Assembly: GCA_013239625.1 (NCBI GenBank)
Contig: MU054098.1
Span: 248,001 to 312,000 of the forward strand
DNA: 64,000 nucleotides
Origin: Lama guanicoe
Lineage: Eukaryota
Direction of reading: 5' to 3'
In this document: one piece after another, positions 41,216 to 54,445 of the stretch
Layout of the letters: each line of letters starts with the position of its first letter
Numbering within the stretch: position 1 is the first letter of the stretch
The notes under the pieces: model-generated
What the model was told of the DNA's origin: nothing
Seen by the model: only the letters and a program-made list of their open reading frames with translations
The model's database searches: none
Program-made: the position numbers and the translations under genes

Positions 41216-42185
41216 TTAATTTTTATTTGTATACTGTTAATATAACTAAGGTGGGACCTTTAGCATTAAAATAGTGCCTACATCAGATGTTGTCTATATA
41301 TACAATAACCCACATATATACATTTTGGAAATAATTTTTTTAGCTGAGATCAGCAATTCTATGCAGTTAATATGAGCTCAAATATTTGACTAAACATTTA
41401 TAGGCAATGTGAACTAAAGGCAATCACTGAGAAATTTAAACTAAAAATAATTTTTTACTCAATTACCTAGCCAATCACAATAAAAATGTCTTGTGGTTTT
41501 TGAAACTAAAACAATCTGCAATACTATTAAATTTTTCTGGTTCTTTTGTCAGCCAAACAGTTTTATAAGGCCATAGTGAATATATACAATATTCAAAATA
41601 CATTTGGAAGGTTAGGGTTGCATCTATGCATAAAGAAGCATTCTCTCCTATGGTCTGATTTGTGGAAAGTAGAAAAGCTCAGCTGCTCAAAGATATGTCT
41701 ATCATTTGCCTGCTGAGGACTCTCTGAAGACTCTTTAGAAAGGAGACAGAGGAGGGAAACAGAAATTCATCATCAGAGATTATATATTATCAATCTAGCA
41801 ATAGTTTGTTGTTAAATTAGCTAGCCTAGCAGATTGGAAAGTTCAGAGGGAATGGGACACTGAGTCAATATATTTTGATTGTGGAGAAGGCTCAGTAGGA
41901 AAGACTGAGTGCATTGGGGCTCTTCCAGGGAAGCTGACCTAGATGGAACAACTTAATTAGAGTAATTGGAAAACTGGATGATAGCTAGAGGGCATTAGCA
42001 AGTTGAAAGAATATTGATGCTATGTAAATATCGCCTCTATTCTATTAATGTCTTTGTTCCAGTTCAATGTCTGTTACAACAAATATATATTTATCCCTGA
42101 AAAGATAGATATATAAAGCATACCTTTACATTTTCACACCACTCAACACATTGTACTAATAATTAAATATTCATTACATTTTTAC

Positions 42186-42625
42186 CTGTCAAATTCAGAC
42201 TCAATTCCTACTGGTGAGTATCTTCGATATCTCCTTGATTGGTCATGAGATCTCTCTGATTGACCATAAAATCTCCTTGGTTGGCCATAAGATCTCTTTG
42301 CTAGGACATGAGATCTCCTTAAATGGTCAGGAGATCTCTCTGAGTGACCATAAAATCTCTTAGAGTGGCCACGAGATCTCTCTGATTGGCCATGAGATCT
42401 TTCTGTGTAGCTACGAGATCTCTCTACTTGGCCACGATTTCTCTCTGATTGACCATGAAATCTCTCTGATCGGCGATGAGATCTCTCTGCTCGGCCACGA
42501 TATCTCTCTGATTGGCCTCGAGATCTCTCTGAATAGTACCGATTTTTTTCTGATTGGCTTTTAGATCCTTCCAATTGGTGTTGGTTTCTCTCTCCTTGGG
42601 CCTTAGAATTGTCATTGCACTTATC
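42186..42625 (-). CDS. LUZP4: LUZP4 coding exon 4 (DKCNDNSKAQGERNQHQ...SERSHGQ repeats...SPVGIESEFD), 440 nt, phase 0-2; terminal with TAA at 42182-42184 if unspliced
   Basis: Contained in ORF 42182..42649. Acceptor tctttgcag|GATAAG, donor GACAG|gtaaaa. Arg/Ser/His-rich heptads like the human LUZP4 SERSHGH repeats. Confidence 0.93.
42218..42595 (-). repeat. Degenerate 21-nt coding tandem repeat, 18 units (consensus about tcagagagatctcatggccaa = SERSHGQ)
   Basis: Heptads stay in register from GERNQHQ to SRRYRRY; agatct/aaatct core recurs every 21 nt. Confidence 0.9.
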
Positions 42626-45158
42626 CTGCAAAGAATCACAATTCTGCAAAACAAATGAAATATATACCCCATGATTTCATTAAGTCATAGTGATATTTTG
42701 TCAACACCATTTCTTCGGGAAATGTTTTTTAGAATTCCACTGCCCCTGCTTTTATAGACTAAACATTTTTTAGAACTAATTTGTAGAAAGCTTTGATGTC
42801 TCATGTCATCAGCACAAAGAATATTATAAAATGTTAATAAAATGTTTTAAATATGGAAAATTAGTTTCTTTGTGCATTTGAATACATTTCAAGGTTATGC
42901 TCTACCTACCATTTTCTGGATCTATATTTTACCTAAAGAAACAACAGATTCTGTGACTTTATAGTTGAGAGACAGAATAGTTAATAATATTTTGTAGCAC
43001 AAAACCTTAGAACCAGAGGGAAGTGTTCAAAATCACACTATTTATTCTTCATCTGTTCAGGATTATTGAAAAGAAACTATCAACTAATACAACATTGTAA
43101 ATAAATGATACTTCAAACTGAAAAACTGAAAGAAACTATTTATCTCCTCCACATAAATTAATATTTAATTCTAGGGAGAAAGACAAATAAGTGAGGGGAT
43201 AGGTAGCTATAAAGAAAGCAGAAGGTAGGCTTAAATACTGTTCAAGTAAATTGGCCTGGCAACAACTCAGTCATTCTACCTTTTCAATTTTTAAATCAAA
43301 AAGGTCAGTGGAGTGAATCAGTCAAATGGAAATAATGAGACAGTTGACAAATATATATGAGGCTACATAAATGTAAGTGGGCAAAGTAATATGGGCCGTG
43401 CTAAGAAATTAAGCTTTGCACTAGCAAATATCGCCTGGCAAACAAAACATGTCCTAGATCTGGTATTGTGACTTTGCAGAATAACACTACCAGAAGCTGA
43501 AAGCAACTGTAAAAAGGCAGGGGAGCTATTGGTATAAAGAATATTATTCACACAAAACTTTAATAAAATAAAAAACATGACAAATCCGTTGCTTTGCTAA
43601 AGCATAAAGCCCTAGTCACTCTCGTTTTCTACTGTAAAACATAAAACTAGGGAGATTGTGTGGAATGCACACGTACCTCTTTTCTTTTCTAAGTGACTAA
43701 TGTTGGGAACACAGTGAGTCAGCAGGAAGGATTAAGACCTATCTCCTAAAGACCCATATGCACCCAAGTACTGTTCCAAGGGAACTTACAGTCTTTTTAC
43801 AAATGTTTATATAAGAAATAATTTCATCAAATTGGATACTACAGATTTCTACCTTTAGAAACAAAAGAAACTATCATAAACGACAGAAATTTTCCTTATA
43901 AACAATAGAAACTATCAGAAATTGTGTTGAATAAATACAATTGTGTTCTACTAATAGTATGATTAAATCTTATGAAGTACAAAACAGGTTTATTAGAATT
44001 TCAAAGCATGATTAAAAACTATAATTGTTATTCAATTTATTGGTAGATAATTAAATTTTAATATATTTCTTTATTGCAGAGTACTTTTTTCCCAGTGAGT
44101 TCTGCTATAATGACAGTCTCAAAAGTATTAGAACTAGAAAGATGCTTTCAATTTGAAAATACTATTTTACAATACTCTCAGATTATTTATGCATCTCAGA
44201 CTGTAGCAGATGTAATCTCATGTCCTTTCCAGACTTTATCAAAAACCTCCTCATCTTACATATTAAATGCCATCTCCTCCATCAAACTTTCTCAAGTTCC
44301 CCTAATCAGAATGAATTACTATATCCCCACAATATATAACTTATACCCTATTAGAACATGTACTGCAAACTGTGTGGCATTAAATTTCTACCTTATCTTT
44401 CTTTCCCACCATCACATATAATATTTTAAGCAGGGCTGTTCTGGTACCTTGTATAGTGCCTAGAGTAGACACTTAATTAGTGTTTGCTAAATCAATTCTC
44501 TAAATAGTTGAAAATGCAACATGTTCCCTTCCCCTTCCCCAGATCTGCATTTACATAATTTGGCAAAAAATGGTTTACACTCCCAGAACCACCATTTTTC
44601 ACTAAATGACTACATAATACTTTAAGAAGTATCAGTTTATAGGCCACACTAAAATCACTGCATCAATATTAACTTATGAATCTAGATATGAACACCTCTC
44701 AAATTTTGTCCAGTGACTGCTCATCTATACAAGTTTATAGGTGATGAACTTACCACCATAAAATGTACAACTATAGTATGTCCCACCTGTTGGTTTCAGA
44801 GTCTATGTCATATACTATGTCATCTGTTTTTATACTAAAACTTAAGATCAAGGACTCTTTTTAGATGAGGACTAAAATGAGAATGATTATACAATACAAA
44901 TCATGAAACCAATAATCTATTTTGGCATCTTATAAATTCAAAATTTCTAGCAATGACTGAAAATAGCAAAAATTAAATGTTTTTTAAAACAATTACAGGG
45001 AAAATCAATAATATTTTAATTTAAATTATGTTCAACACAGAATGCGGGAATACTAAGAAACAATCCCTGCTCTTGATAGAATTTAAAATAATCCTTAATA
45101 TTAAGAAATATATTAAATTTAGCACCTTTACATTGGTTAATTCTTGGTATTTATTTAC

Positions 45159-45274
45159 CTGCTTAATTAAAGGTTGCCTGTTTAAAGGGCTTTGTCCAAA
45201 CTTGATTCCAAAAAGTTCTTGGTTTGATTTTATATCATTACTTTCCTCATCATTGTTTCTGAATCTTGAATGTC
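45159..45274 (-). CDS. LUZP4: LUZP4 coding exon 3 (GHSRFRNNDEESNDIKSNQELFGIKFGQSPLNRQPLIKQ), 116 nt, phase 1-0
   Basis: Acceptor ttttttgaag|GA, donor CAG|gtaaat. Peptide resembles recalled human GYSRCRSNSEE...SGFKSGQHPLNGQPLIEQ and the FYTTD1 segment KGISPMNRPPLSDK. Confidence 0.9.
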
Positions 45275-46433
45275 CTTCAAAAAATAATTATTTTCTGTAT
45301 TTTTAGTCAGAAAATACAATGTATCTTTCAGAAGTATTATCTGTGATCTCATTCTTTTAAAGCTATGCACTAGGTTTTGCAAAACTTTTGATATTCCATT
45401 AGTCTGACACCATCTGAGAGTCTCAGTGAATTCTAGAACAGTCATTGCCATACTATTTCTTTCTGCATAACTTAATATGGTAGAATCCGTATAAAATACC
45501 TCAAATTTAGTTTCATATGCCACCAAAGTTGGGACATTATCTGAAATTAATTGAAAGAATCCTCTAATAAGAAAAGGAGAGATGGAGAGAAACTCTTTTG
45601 TATTAACTATGTGAATATCTACCTCAATCGTCTGCTTTGCTTTGGGTGTAAAGACAGCTTAAGGACTGATCAAAGAATGCGTATCTCTAAAAGCCTCACA
45701 AAGATCAATTTTATCTTTAGTTAGAAACACAAGAGTGGGCCACCTCACCATCCTTAGCAGCTTTGCCCCTATAATAATCACCGTCCCTCCTTTTCTTAGA
45801 ACCCACTAAGCCACTGAAGGATTCAAATAAGAACTATAATGAAGCCAGGTAGGCAGCTGTCAGGGGCTTAGAGTACCCACAATGTCAAGATGGTTCCAAC
45901 CTGTTCACTAGACCGTGGAGATCCTTAATTGTTGAAAAGACTTCTCTACTATGGCAATGTACAGTATGTTAATATTAAAATATGCGCCCTGCACTGACCA
46001 ATGTGTTGTTTAGGGATATAAAGGACTTTCTTCATGTTCTTCTGTACTCTCTTTGCCTTATAGCATTTGTTTTCTCAAAATGTGGGTGCCGTAGGGTCCA
46101 GGTTATTGACCATGCTCTTAACCCTCCTGTATTGCCTCCTGAAAGTGGAACTGGATCATCCAGAGAGGCCTATGAACAAGTACAAAACATTTCTCATTCT
46201 TATCCTGCTCTCCCTTAAGGAAGTAACTGATACAATTAAAAAATTTTTTTTTCATTTGTCATGGCACAAATTCTTACCAATCTTCTATGCATATATTTCC
46301 AGGAAAGATAAAACCAGTAACATGACACAACTTTAGAACACATTCCAAGTTTGTGAATTTGCTTACCCAGTTCCTCACAAACATTTCAGATTCTTTACCA
46401 CGTGTTTTTATTTTTACTTTTTGTATACTTTAC

Positions 46434-46565
46434 CTCTCTCCCAGTGATGCTCTTCAGCATTTGATTGCTGTCCTGAAATTAAGTAATTTTTTTTGTGGTT
46501 CTCTGTCCCAGTCTTTCTTTCTTCAGTGCTTGTATCTGTTATCTTTCTAAGAGTTATAATGTCAT
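46434..46565 (-). CDS. LUZP4: LUZP4 coding exon 2 (DDIITLRKITDTSTEERKTGTENHKKNYLISGQQSNAEEHHWER), 132 nt, phase 1-1
   Basis: Acceptor ttttctaatacag|AT, donor AGAG|gtaaag. Open frame. Joined to exon 1 it completes the UAP56-binding motif LDMSLDDII found in ALYREF/FYTTD1/LUZP4-type export adaptors. Confidence 0.92.
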
Positions 46566-47669
46566 CTGTATTAGAAAACACATAAAACAAGAAGACAATG
46601 GAAAAAGCTGAATTACAACAATGTATCTCAAGAGAATAATCTATATTCTATCTCATCATATTTCAGAATATTTTAAAAATTGGTAGCTCCGAAAAAATAA
46701 TGCTATAATAATAATGAGCTTGTAAAACCATAACAGAGATCAAACAATGCAGATATTTTAGGCTTAGTTTCCTGGAACAATAAAGAGAAAAATTCCTGCT
46801 AAACAGATATATAGTAACTTCATTTATGCAAAAATAAAATACTCTCAGAGTAAAGTAGCTTAAGGAGGAAATCATTTAAATAAATGATTAGTATGTTTAG
46901 TTTCAGAGAAACATAGAACAATTGTATCATCCCTGAGTAAATGTAAGAGCTAGAAAATTAGTTGCATTTATTATCTTGAGAAGTAAGAAAGGAAACAATG
47001 GTGATGGACATTCACAGGAGATACCAAACAGCTGAGGAACCAAGATTACTGTAGTAGCAGAAAGCAATTGGATTTTGCTTTATACTCAGTCATGTTTTTA
47101 TGCACTCATGTAGAAAGCATTTACATGGCATGATTTAAAGGATGTGAGACAGGTACAACCTGCTCTAAAACATCTCTCCTAACAACTGGGATGGAAAGGT
47201 CTAAAGGTTGAATGTTCTATCAATGGAGAAAAGCTTACTCAGGTCAGGTATCTTTAGAAATAAGCACAAATTAGGCATTTGGAAGGAGCTACAGATAATA
47301 GAAGAAAGAGGAGGAGCTGAGAAGAGTGCCAAGAGGAAGTAACTGGATACCAAAGATTAACCACTGCTTTATTATTTGCTTAGTACTAGCCTGTCTCAGG
47401 TCTCCAAAAATCTGATTGATTTTCTTTGAAATGGCTAACATCTCCAAAAGTAAAAATCAGTTTAAAGCCCAACAATCAATTGAATATCATTTCTTGACAA
47501 TCCCATTTTAAGCCTTTGTCAGCAGCCATTGTCTGTAACATCTCCTGCAGATGTAGTCTTTAATTTTCTGTTCCTTGTATTCACAAAATTTTTCTGCTGT
47601 TGTTTCTCCTGTATTCTACATTTAAAATCTGCACAAATCTCTGTACAGAGCTTTTTTCTCATTATGGTA

Positions 47670-47863
47670 TAGCTGACCCTTGAACAACATCTGCATATAA
47701 CTTATAGTCATCCCTCCATATACATGGTTCCTTGGTATCCATGGTTTCACATTCATGATTCAACCAATCATAGGTGGTGTAGACCATAGTATTTACCACT
47801 GAAAAAAATCTGGGTATAAGGGGACCCGCACAGTTTGAACCCATGTTGTTCAAGGGTTAACTG
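47670..47863. mobile_element. Tigger2-type non-autonomous Tc1/mariner element
   Basis: Terminal inverted repeats tagctgacccttgaacaaca / tgttgttcaagggttaactg flanked by TA on both sides. Confidence 0.85.
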
Positions 47864-50615
47864 TATAAGGGGAGTGCACCAAGACAGCCTCTTATAGGCC
47901 ACCACAGGAAGAGTTTTGAATCTCCAACCCCTCTCCCTCATCGGTCCTGAAACAATCACTACCCAGCTGCCAAGAACCCAATGAGACAGGTGACTTTCTG
48001 TATAGGAGAGCAAAACTTCCAGAGAGGAGAAAGTGAAGAGCTGGTACCTTCCACAATGAGGTTAAGTGCTTTCGCCTTGTGGCACTCAAATACAATGGAC
48101 AGTGACAAACTTTTCTTAAACTTTTCCACTCCTCAAAGTCAACAAAAATAATAGCAAGCTCTGTCTTAGAATCATGTAAGAATTAAATAAAAAAGAAAAT
48201 TTCTTGGGGTTCATGCAGACCTTCAGCTACAGCTAAGAAATATTTAATGCTTTATGACAAGGATAGCTGAATGGATAAACCATGTGGATTAATAACACCT
48301 TTATATTGAACAGTACTTTAAAGTTTATAGAGCATTTCCACATAAAAGCCCTTGGCACAGTACGTGGCATATATGAGACACTCAATAAATAAGATAATAG
48401 ACGAACAAACATTTACTGAGTGCCTGATACATGCCAGGTACTGTGCCCTCAACCTTAAAGGTCATCAGAGATTATCCTCACTTTATAATGAAGGAAACAG
48501 ACTTAGGAAGGTTACATGACTTACTTGAGGGCACAAAATTAATATGTTAACAAGCTGGCACAGATTCTAAGTCCAAGATTCTTGTCACTACATTACACTT
48601 CCTCCTTCAAAAGCTCAGCTACCCTCAGAATTAAGACAGCGGCATCGGGATTAGTGACCATTCATTTGAATGTGGTATTTTTATTAAAATAGCACTTTCC
48701 TTTCAATTCTGTTTTAAATTAACTGCATAAAGTCAAGTTTGGAATTCAAGTAGTGTAACAGCAACCTCTAATCCAGTATTCAAGTACCCACTTTGCCCTG
48801 TCGCCTTGATTTTTCAGCCTACGATTTGGTATACAACTGTTATCTGGCTTGCTCTGAATCACAGAGTGCTATACAGGAAAAGTATGACATGGCTTTAAAT
48901 CCTGCCTGTGGCCTCATTTGCCCAAAAGAACTTAAGTCACTTGAACTTTCAATCAAACCACCCTGCAAGTCACATAATCCTTTAAACGCATGAGTGAAAT
49001 ATATAAAATGGCTTCAGAAATATCTAGAAATACTCAGAAATACCATAGTTAAATCCTTCTCGGTTTACTTTTTAGCCTACACAAAACATTATAAAGACTT
49101 CAGTTTTTAGTGTCATCCCAACAGTGCCACATTAATCCCACAGGACTTTTTTGAATCCATCAGAATCACCAGGAGACATTTATTTTAAAATACAGAGCCC
49201 CTATGCAAGGTTATGACTCAGTAGGACTAGAGTGGGTCTCAAGTATTTGTGTATCTTTCAAAAAAGTCCTCCAAATAACTTTGATGCTTAGCTAACATTG
49301 CAAACAACTGCTGTGAGCAATGGAGAATCTTCAAGGAGCATAGGAGTAAGATTATGAAATTGATGGTTTGGAGCAAGTATCAATTTGTGATTGGCAATAA
49401 ATTGCAGAATACAGTGAGACTACAAAAAGGAAGACGAGGTAGGTAGAAGGATTGCCAATACTCTAAGCATGAAGAGATAAAAGTTTATTCTAAGGTGGTG
49501 TTAGGGAAACAGTAAAAGAAAGACAGGATGTCCTCCCCCTATCCACCTCAGATCCATCGGGAACATTGGCTGCAGGGGCCTCCCTGGCCTCATCCTCTTC
49601 TAACCACCCCCCTTGCAAGCATAAAACTCTTCCCTCAGAGCTCACAATATTCTCAATCACCAGTTATCAAAGACCTCCCCAGGTCACCAAGGAAATGAGG
49701 CCAAATTGAGAAGGAGGAGGAACCCATAGGGAGGTGTTCTTAGAATTCTGGCCGGGGAGCCGCCTTCTTAGAATTCTCAGTTTGACCCTGAAATTCATTT
49801 TTGCATAAAATATTATTATAAATCGTTGTTGCAATCCAAATATAAGTGAACCAAATAGATTTTTGTGTGTACTGCCCTAGAAATCTATTCACTCTTTATA
49901 GTATTGTTTCTATGGAGGCAAGTCTTCATGAACCCAACAGTTAGCATACAAATAAGGTACTGGAACATAACATCTCATTTGCCAGCTGGGAATTGCCTGT
50001 ATAAGATTAAGTACCAATTGAATGACATAGAGACTAAATGCTCCAGGACCGCAAAGACAAGACAGACTACTTACTGTGTACTGGAACAACTGCAAAATCT
50101 TTGTGGTAGAGGTGGGTAAGATGGATACGATCTGAATGAGGGGAAAGACCTGGGCACTCCGAGAAAGAGAAACAACACAAGAAAAGCCTTGGAGCCAGGA
50201 ATTAATATAGAATGTTCAGGGAGAAGATCAGCTTGGCTCGAATGGAAGATTAGTGCTTGAGAGTTATGGAGGAAAAGGTCAGACAGATAAGGTGGATGAA
50301 AAGCCTTGCATGTCAGAGGCTAAGGCACAGGTAGTGAGGATTATGGACAAGGGGAGAATCCCATATAACCTCTAGCACAGTGCCATGTCAGTATACCAAA
50401 TTAACAAGCACTTTCTGAGAGCTTCTATGTGCTTGGTGATATGCTCCGTATCACATGAAATCAGGAAATTAATCAACACTTTTTAAATAGAGAGGGAATT
50501 TATATTATCACTGCACAGCTGTTTGAAAGGGAACCACGATCTTTCCTGTTATCTAGTAATCTTTATTTCATTCGACTGTCTTTAGAAACTTTCCTCATTT
50601 TAAAGGGAACTTGTT

Positions 50616-50753
50616 GTGGGGAGGGCATAGGTCAGTGGCAGTGTGCGTACTTGTCATAGAGGAGGTCCTGGGTTCAATCCCCAGTACCTCCATTAAAATC
50701 AATCAATCAATCTAGTTCTCTCCCCCTCACCAAAAAAAAAAAAAAAGTAATAA
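50616..50753 (+). mobile_element. Camelid tRNA-derived SINE (vic-1 type) in LUZP4 intron 1
   Basis: A/B boxes, poly(A), 15-bp TSD taaagggaacttgtt (50601) / taaatggaacttgtt (50754). Confidence 0.88.
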
Positions 50754-53700
50754 TAAATGGAACTTGTTTTAGCAGAAACTGTAAAGCTGCCTAGACCATA
50801 AAAGGAGGATAGTCAAAGAAAACGTGGAAGATGGATGCGTTTAATATAGCATTCGATCTTTAAAAGCAATGTTTGTTATTTTCCAGGTCAATTTCTGCAT
50901 GGCTCACAGTAAAGCAGAAAACTTTTGTATAATACAGATCTTTTACCACTCCTCTTGTCAAATGCTGACTATTCCAATTCTCTTTGCACTTAAAACACTG
51001 ATATGGTATGGTCACCTCAGGACATGTCTGCATGGCATAGTACTCATCTAAATTAATGCAAGGTCCAGACATCAGTATTTAAAATATACCAACTGTGATG
51101 AAAGTCAAGTGAGTAGAAAATTTTAATCTTGAAGGTGCTTCAGATTCAAAAGGTAGAAAAGAAATATACTTCAGGTACATAATCTTGAACATCCATTCTG
51201 TGCTAGATTTTCTGGAAATAAACCTAGAATTTGGTATTTCAGGAATATTTCATAGTAAATTTGCAAATGTTCAAACTGAAATGGTATTAGGAAAATCTAT
51301 GTATGACCCCAGCATAAAAATGTACCATGAGACTAAAAAAAGATGTCAGGTATTGCCTAAGTGAAATGAATTTAGCAATTACATTCCTTTTGTTTTCTTA
51401 ATGTTTCTTTATTTGACTGTTAGGTTACAAGAGAGTCTCTATAGTCCCTTCTAACTCAAAAATTCTATTAATAACATGAGAAAATTGAAGGAAAAAACCC
51501 TATAGTGTAAGAAGTATCTCTGTTTTGTAAGAATTCTCTTAGATACAGAGTGAATGTTTAATAAATATTTGAATTGAATTGAACTGGCATTTAAAAGTTA
51601 TTGATACCAAAAAGTTTTCTCATGTGTATGTTTGTGGCCTATAAAAAGTATTTTATTTTTCTATTTTGGTTTTTTTTTTCCTCTGAGTATACAGGTAGAT
51701 CTTAAGTGGGCCAAGATAAATAATGGTTTCACAGCAGAAAAAAAAAAATTGAGAAACACCAGAGGTCTTGATTATCCAAACATAATGGTCATTTACAAAC
51801 TTATTTAAAAACTTACTTTCTTACTGAGGTAAACATTTTACAATATATGTGTAGCAAATCATCACATTGTACACCTTAAACTTACACAATAGCATATGTC
51901 AATTACATCTCAACAAAACTAGTAAGAATAAAATTTTTTTAAAACCTTAATTACTTTTTAAAACTTTCAATTATTTATACCCTTGGATGCATGGCAATTG
52001 TTTTTTTTTTAAAGTGAAATTGTACATCCTTTTAATCCTTGGATTTTGTAATTCCAGAGACCCCCATTTGATTTGTTGCACTGTAACGGCATTGTACAAT
52101 AATATACATAGCTAGAAATCAAAGATCTTGCCAGCTATGATTTGAGATGAAATCCAATTGTTGCTCAGCCTCTCCTTAAAGAAGAGAAAGCAAATGCTTT
52201 TGAACTTGGATACAATGCGTAAGGACCCTTTCAACATAGTTTATGAGGTTAAGAAGAAGGTGTCCTTAATATAACAATCAACCTTTTTGCAGATTCTTAT
52301 GTCCCTTTCCTTAGTTCTCAAAATATGTCATTACAGAGATGTGATGCTTTGTTTTTGCTACTCTCTGTGATGACATTGACTCCATCTGGAGAACACTTAG
52401 CCAGCCAAGTTCCCAGGGAGGAAGGACCATTTGGTCCAGGCCTCACCAAAGATCCTCAAATTTGAATTCTTGACCTAATTGAGATACACTTAGTCTCAGA
52501 AATATTCTGTCAGGGTTGAAGAAAGACAACATTCCACATACATTTTAAAATAGATTACACTGCTTGAGTAATATTAATAATTAAATTTTTATAAAAATTA
52601 AATAATTTTCTTGTGAAAAGCTTATATTGCCTGGTATTTTAGAATATATTAGAAGCACTGCTTTATTATTTACAAACATTTAAAATACACCCCAATTCTG
52701 TAAACAGTTTTGTCATTTAAAAAAAATACCTAAAATACCAGAAGCCTCATAAAATGTGACTTAGGTTCCTCTCAGTTTCAAGAGACTCTGACTACATACT
52801 TCCAGAACACTTAAAACAACATATGCATTTACTTGGCTGCCTCTCCAACTATATTATTAGCTACTTGAGAAGAGGCCATTGCTTATTTATCAGTGTGCTA
52901 AGTGCCTAGCACAGTGCTTAATATGGAGTGGCTACTTTATAAATATTTATGGATCTATGACCTAAAACATGGAGCAAGCAGAAAGGGATAGTCTTTTTCT
53001 AACTGCTGTATTTTTGCCTTAGTCTCCTTTAGATTCAAGTAGTGAACGGGGAGGTGCAGTTCCCATTAAGTTCTTGCTGTTGCCAGTTCCAATTCTGGTC
53101 TCATTTTTGCCTTTTGTTTCTAAAAAAAACCACTATAATACCTTTGAGGAATGTTCATTAGAGACAAGAATGAAAATAAATTTGTACAGCCTTTTCTTAT
53201 TTTCGTACATGTTATTACAATGGAAGTAATATCCTTGCATTCAATGTAAATAATATAAATAATCTATTTATATAATATATATAAGTATGCATATAATTAT
53301 ATATAATATATAAATAATATAAAACTGGTTTTCTAATGCATAGATGTAGTTAGTCAAAGATATATATTGTTAAAAGTAATCTTTTCACTTTAATAAAAAC
53401 ATGGGGAAATTTATTGGAAAAGTACAGATTTCTCACCAACTCATAGAAACAACATATATTTGCTCTTTCTGATGTATTTTTCTTGGCTTCAAACTAGAAG
53501 GGCCTTAAATGACTCATCAAAAGTTTTCCCTGTTCCCCCTGAAAAGATCAAAATCTGGACTCTCATTTGTCTGAAATGGTATAATATGGATATGGAGAAC
53601 CAATGTTTAAGAGCATGAAAATAGTGACTTGATAAGATTTTTTACAACTCTATGATCATGAGATTTTACTATCATGCACAACCTCCATCTAACTTATTGT

Positions 53701-54445
53701 ATTCAATTCGACATCATTCCTTGGCCTTGCAACTATGATTTGAGCCAATCTTTTCAAAACTAGACTCCAACATCCTCTTAACTCTAATCATCTACTTCAG
53801 TGACAGTGCCTCCCTTGAATCTGCTCTAGTCCAAGTTAGACCAAACAACCATCTCTCCCCAAATTTGACATTATCCACTGTTTAAACCCCATCTTTCAAC
53901 CAAATAACTTTTCATCTCTCTCAAGTCAGCTACATCCCTTAAGTTCAATATCCAAATCCAGAGAGAGGAAGTAACTACTTCAGCGTGCCAAACTGCTAGC
54001 TACCCAAAAGTGAAGCTTTAGGCCCACTTTCTGAAGGACATATAGCAAACATCCACTCAACTTTTTCCATATGTCAGGCACTGTTAATTTGTGCACATTA
54101 CCTGTATTATCTCATTTAATTCTCAACAACTCTATGATGCAAATACTACTGAACTAAGAAAACTCAGGCTCCAAGAGATAAAGTAACTTGCACAAGGTCA
54201 CAAAGCCACTAAATTTGGGAGACCATGTCACCCTGCAACTATGGTCCCTATTTCTCTGAATTTTGAGAGAAACCCATTGCTTTGGCTATTTATCAGTTTG
54301 TATTTTTACCTCTACAAGCAGCTGCTAAAACACCAATCAGTGAAGTCAACACAAAAAAAAGTACAGAAAGCATTTAATTTTACTTTAGTGCTATAAATTC
54401 CCCTCACTCAGGGATTTTCCCCCCATTCAGGGTCCCTGTGACAGG

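Noticed and set aside
42218..42595. Regularly spaced agatct-containing repeats as a CRISPR-like array
   Set aside because: Mammalian DNA; a tandem coding minisatellite with no unique spacers.
42424..42672. ORF with QRDLEANQRDIVAEQRDLIAD heptads as a separate overlapping gene
   Set aside because: It is the +1 frame of exon 4. It starts in the intron, is not reached by the phase 0 splice and stops early; treated as a latent frame.
45230..45540. About 100-codon open frame after an upstream AG at 45541, entering in phase 1
   Set aside because: It overlaps exon 3 out of frame, ends in a stop there and has no recognisable homology.
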